From positions 111,080 to 175,079 of the forward strand of contig JBBILD010000009.1 in NCBI GenBank assembly GCA_037445065.1: a stretch of 64,000 nt of DNA, in the 5' to 3' direction. Below the pieces are notes generated by a model. That model was not told where the DNA came from and searched no databases. It saw only the letters and a program-made list of their open reading frames with translations. A program made the translations under genes and the position numbers. Position 1 is the stretch's first letter. Each line of letters starts with the position of its first letter. Of this stretch, positions 61,822 through 64,000 are shown piece by piece. The DNA is from Myxococcales bacterium. Lineage in GTDB: Bacteria; Desulfobacterota; Binatia; HRBIN30.

Positions 61822-62916
61822 ATGCGACCGATCCGCGTCGGAATTGTCGGGGCTGGAGTCATCGGGACGACTCATGCAGCGGTTCTGCAGCAAATCTCGG
61901 CCGCGTTCCCGGGGCGCGTGGAGTTGGTGGCAGTCGGGGACCCTGCGGCGGAGGCGCGCGAGCGCGCCGCAGCGCTTTTTTCGATTCGTCACACCTTTGC
62001 GGACGGACACCGCCTGATCGACGAGACGGCTCCAGACGCTCTGTTCATTTGTACGCCCACGCGCTTTCACGCGGAGTTGTTCGCGCACGCTTGCGAACGG
62101 TGTCCCGCCGTGTTCTGCGAAAAACCGGTGGCGATGAACTTCGCGGACGGGGCGCACATGGTCGCCGTTGCGGAGCGTCACCGGGTGCGTACGCAGATCG
62201 GCCTCGTGCTCCGCTTCTCGGCCGTCTTCCACGTCTTGCGAGACCTTCTGCGCGATTCGGAACTGGGTCTCCCCATGGCGGTTCTCTTCCGTGACGACCA
62301 AGTGTTCCCAATCCGCGGCGTTCATGACAGCCCATGGCGAGCGGATCGGTCGCTTACCGCGGGCGGCACGCTGATCGAGCATGGAGTACACGACTTGGAC
62401 TTACTCCGCTGGCTGTTCGGTCCGGTGCGCTCGGTGCGTGCCTGGGAGCGCAACCTCGCCGGCCATCCCGGAGTGGAGGACTATCTGGCCGTCGAGTTGC
62501 TGTTCGAAAGCGGCTTGCGCGCTCAGCTGGTCAACATTTGGCACGATATGGTGCAGCGGCCTTCCAACCGCCGCCTCGAGGTGTTCCTGCAGCGCGGCTT
62601 TTTCGCCACAGACCACGACTTTTTAGGGCCCATTGCTTGCCAGCGTGGGGACGGCCCGCTCGAGACGATTACCGAGGGAGACGTGCTGCAACGCTTCCTG
62701 CGCCTGCATCCGGCCCCTCGCCCGGAGCTCGAGGAGTTCTTCGGGACCGCGTACTTGGTTCAAGACCTCGCTTTCCTCGAGGCGTTGTGGAGCGATCGGG
62801 AGCCCCAACCGGGCCTACGGGAAGGTTTGGAAGCGCAGCGCCTCGCCGAGGCTGCGTATCACGCGGCACGGACCGACACGGAAGTGTGTATCGGAAACTT
62901 CTCTCCTTCGCTCTGA
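61822..62916 (+). CDS. Gfo/Idh/MocA family oxidoreductase
   Basis: GIVGAGVIG, ICTP..FH, FCEKP, GGTLIEHGVHDLD. Confidence 0.92.
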   Translation: MRPIRVGIVGAGVIGTTHAAVLQQISAAFPGRVELVAVGDPAAEARERAAALFSIRHTFADGHRLIDETAPDALFICTPTRFHAELFAHACERCPAVFCEKPVAMNFADGAHMVAVAERHRVRTQIGLVLRFSAVFHVLRDLLRDSELGLPMAVLFRDDQVFPIRGVHDSPWRADRSLTAGGTLIEHGVHDLDLLRWLFGPVRSVRAWERNLAGHPGVEDYLAVELLFESGLRAQLVNIWHDMVQRPSNRRLEVFLQRGFFATDHDFLGPIACQRGDGPLETITEGDVLQRFLRLHPAPRPELEEFFGTAYLVQDLAFLEALWSDREPQPGLREGLEAQRLAEAAYHAARTDTEVCIGNFSPSL

Positions 62917-62978
62917 GACTCTTTTACGCACCCTTACCCTCTTTACGCGCGGCCAGAAATCGCTGTAAGAAAGTCCTG

Positions 62979-63803
62979 ATGTCTCGCTTGCGCTCGTTCC
63001 GCGATCGGACGGTGGTGATCACCGGGGCTTCCAGCGGCATTGGCGAGCAACTGGCCCTGCGTTGCGCTCGCGACGGCGCCCGCGTCGCTCTGGTCGCCCG
63101 GCGCCGCCCCGAACTCGAGCGCGTGGCCAGTCTTGTCCAGGCTGCAGGCGGCCAGGCGTTGGTCCTCCCCTGTGACGTGGCTCAGCGCCACCAGGTCTTC
63201 ACAGCCGCCGAGCAAATTCTTCAGCATTGGGGTGCCGTTGATGTGCTCGTCAACAACGCCGGCTTCGGTGCTCACCGACCGTTCCTCGACTGGCCCATCG
63301 AGGACATCGAGCGCATCATGCAGGTCAACTACATGGGTGCGGTTTACTGGACCAAGGCACTCCTTCCCCACATGGTCCAGCGGGGTCAGGGCTGGATCGT
63401 TATGATGGCCTCGGTGGCAGGTAAGCTGGGTGTGCCGGACGAAAGTGCGTACGCCGCCACGAAGTTTGCGATGGTGGGCCTTGCCGAGGCGCTCTCGTAC
63501 GAAGTGGAAGACCGGGGCGTTCATGTCCTCACGGTGTGCCCGGGCGCGATCGACACCCCGTTTTTCGATGAGCAAGCCCGCCAGCGTATGCCAGAGGTCG
63601 CAAAGAAACTGATGATCCCGCCTGAGCGCGTGGTCGAGGCCATCTGCCGGGCCTTGGCGCGCGGCAAGTACGAGGTGACGGTGCCCGGGTTCATCCGCTT
63701 GAGCTACGTGGTACGCGCACTGGCCCCCGGACTGTTGCGACGCAACACGAAGCGCGTGGCGATGCCTCCCCTCGCACCTGCCGCTGCGGGAGGAGGCGGT
63801 TGA
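62979..63803 (+). CDS. Short-chain dehydrogenase/reductase
   Basis: TGASSGIG, NNAG, YAATK. Confidence 0.93.
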   Translation: MSRLRSFRDRTVVITGASSGIGEQLALRCARDGARVALVARRRPELERVASLVQAAGGQALVLPCDVAQRHQVFTAAEQILQHWGAVDVLVNNAGFGAHRPFLDWPIEDIERIMQVNYMGAVYWTKALLPHMVQRGQGWIVMMASVAGKLGVPDESAYAATKFAMVGLAEALSYEVEDRGVHVLTVCPGAIDTPFFDEQARQRMPEVAKKLMIPPERVVEAICRALARGKYEVTVPGFIRLSYVVRALAPGLLRRNTKRVAMPPLAPAAAGGGG

Positions 63804-64000
63804 AGGGCTTGCGCTCATTCCGCGATCGGACGGTGGTGATCACCGGGGCTTCCAGCGGCATTGGCGAGCAACTGGCCCTGCGATGCGCTCGCGACGGCGC
63901 CCGCATCGCTCTGGTCGCCCGGCGCCGCCCCGAACTCGAGCGCGTGGCCAGGCTTGTCCAGGCTGCAGGCGGCCACGCGTTGGTCCTCCCCTGCGACGTG
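63800..64000 (+). CDS. Second SDR, cut by the window edge, near-identical 5' end to the previous gene
   Basis: TTG overlaps the TGA, GGAGG upstream; MKGLRSFRDRTVVITGASSGIG. Confidence 0.85.
   Translation, partial: MKGLRSFRDRTVVITGASSGIGEQLALRCARDGARIALVARRRPELERVARLVQAAGGHALVLPCDV

Noticed and set aside
60519..61862. Long antisense ORFs here and opposite ispG, atpD, epoxide hydrolase and others
   Set aside because: Shadow frames expected from high-GC codon bias; no motifs.

Overview
High-GC bacterial chromosome segment close to the replication origin. The F420-type LLM enzyme, DUF6178, Cys-bracketed dockerin-like module, split atp operon and parAB-bactofilin-atpF'F gene order suggest a deltaproteobacterial-type lineage such as Binatia (inference only). 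0-28 kb: mixed metabolic and housekeeping genes (LLM oxidoreductase, PflX-like radical SAM, epoxide hydrolase, ispG, mutS2, hydrolases, an orphan E2, dedA, amidase, csp) plus secreted or lipoproteins with Pro/Thr linkers. 28-35.4 kb: a decayed accessory island of about 7 pseudogene remnants and 2 intact genes, bracketed by degenerate GTAG-type REP/BIME-like repeats. 36.6-45.6 kb: rpmH-rnpA-yidD-yidC-jag-mnmE-mnmG-rsmG-parA-parB with two parS sites but no dnaA next to rpmH. 45.6-55 kb: GT-C/TPR protein, bactofilin, atpF'FHAGDC, Rieske protein. 55-64 kb: GH15-like lipoprotein, radical SAM, and a TetR-led cluster (FadE24/FadE23-like acyl-CoA dehydrogenase pair, Gfo/Idh/MocA, tandem near-identical SDRs). 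No rRNA, tRNA, CRISPR or intact transposase/integrase was seen. Best candidates for new biology: (1) a secreted Reeler-like / dockerin-like / cytochrome P460-fold fusion protein, (2) the REP/BIME-bracketed pseudogene island, (3) a possible Thermus-like rnpA frame running through the whole of rpmH. All family calls come from motif recognition by eye; no database searches were run.
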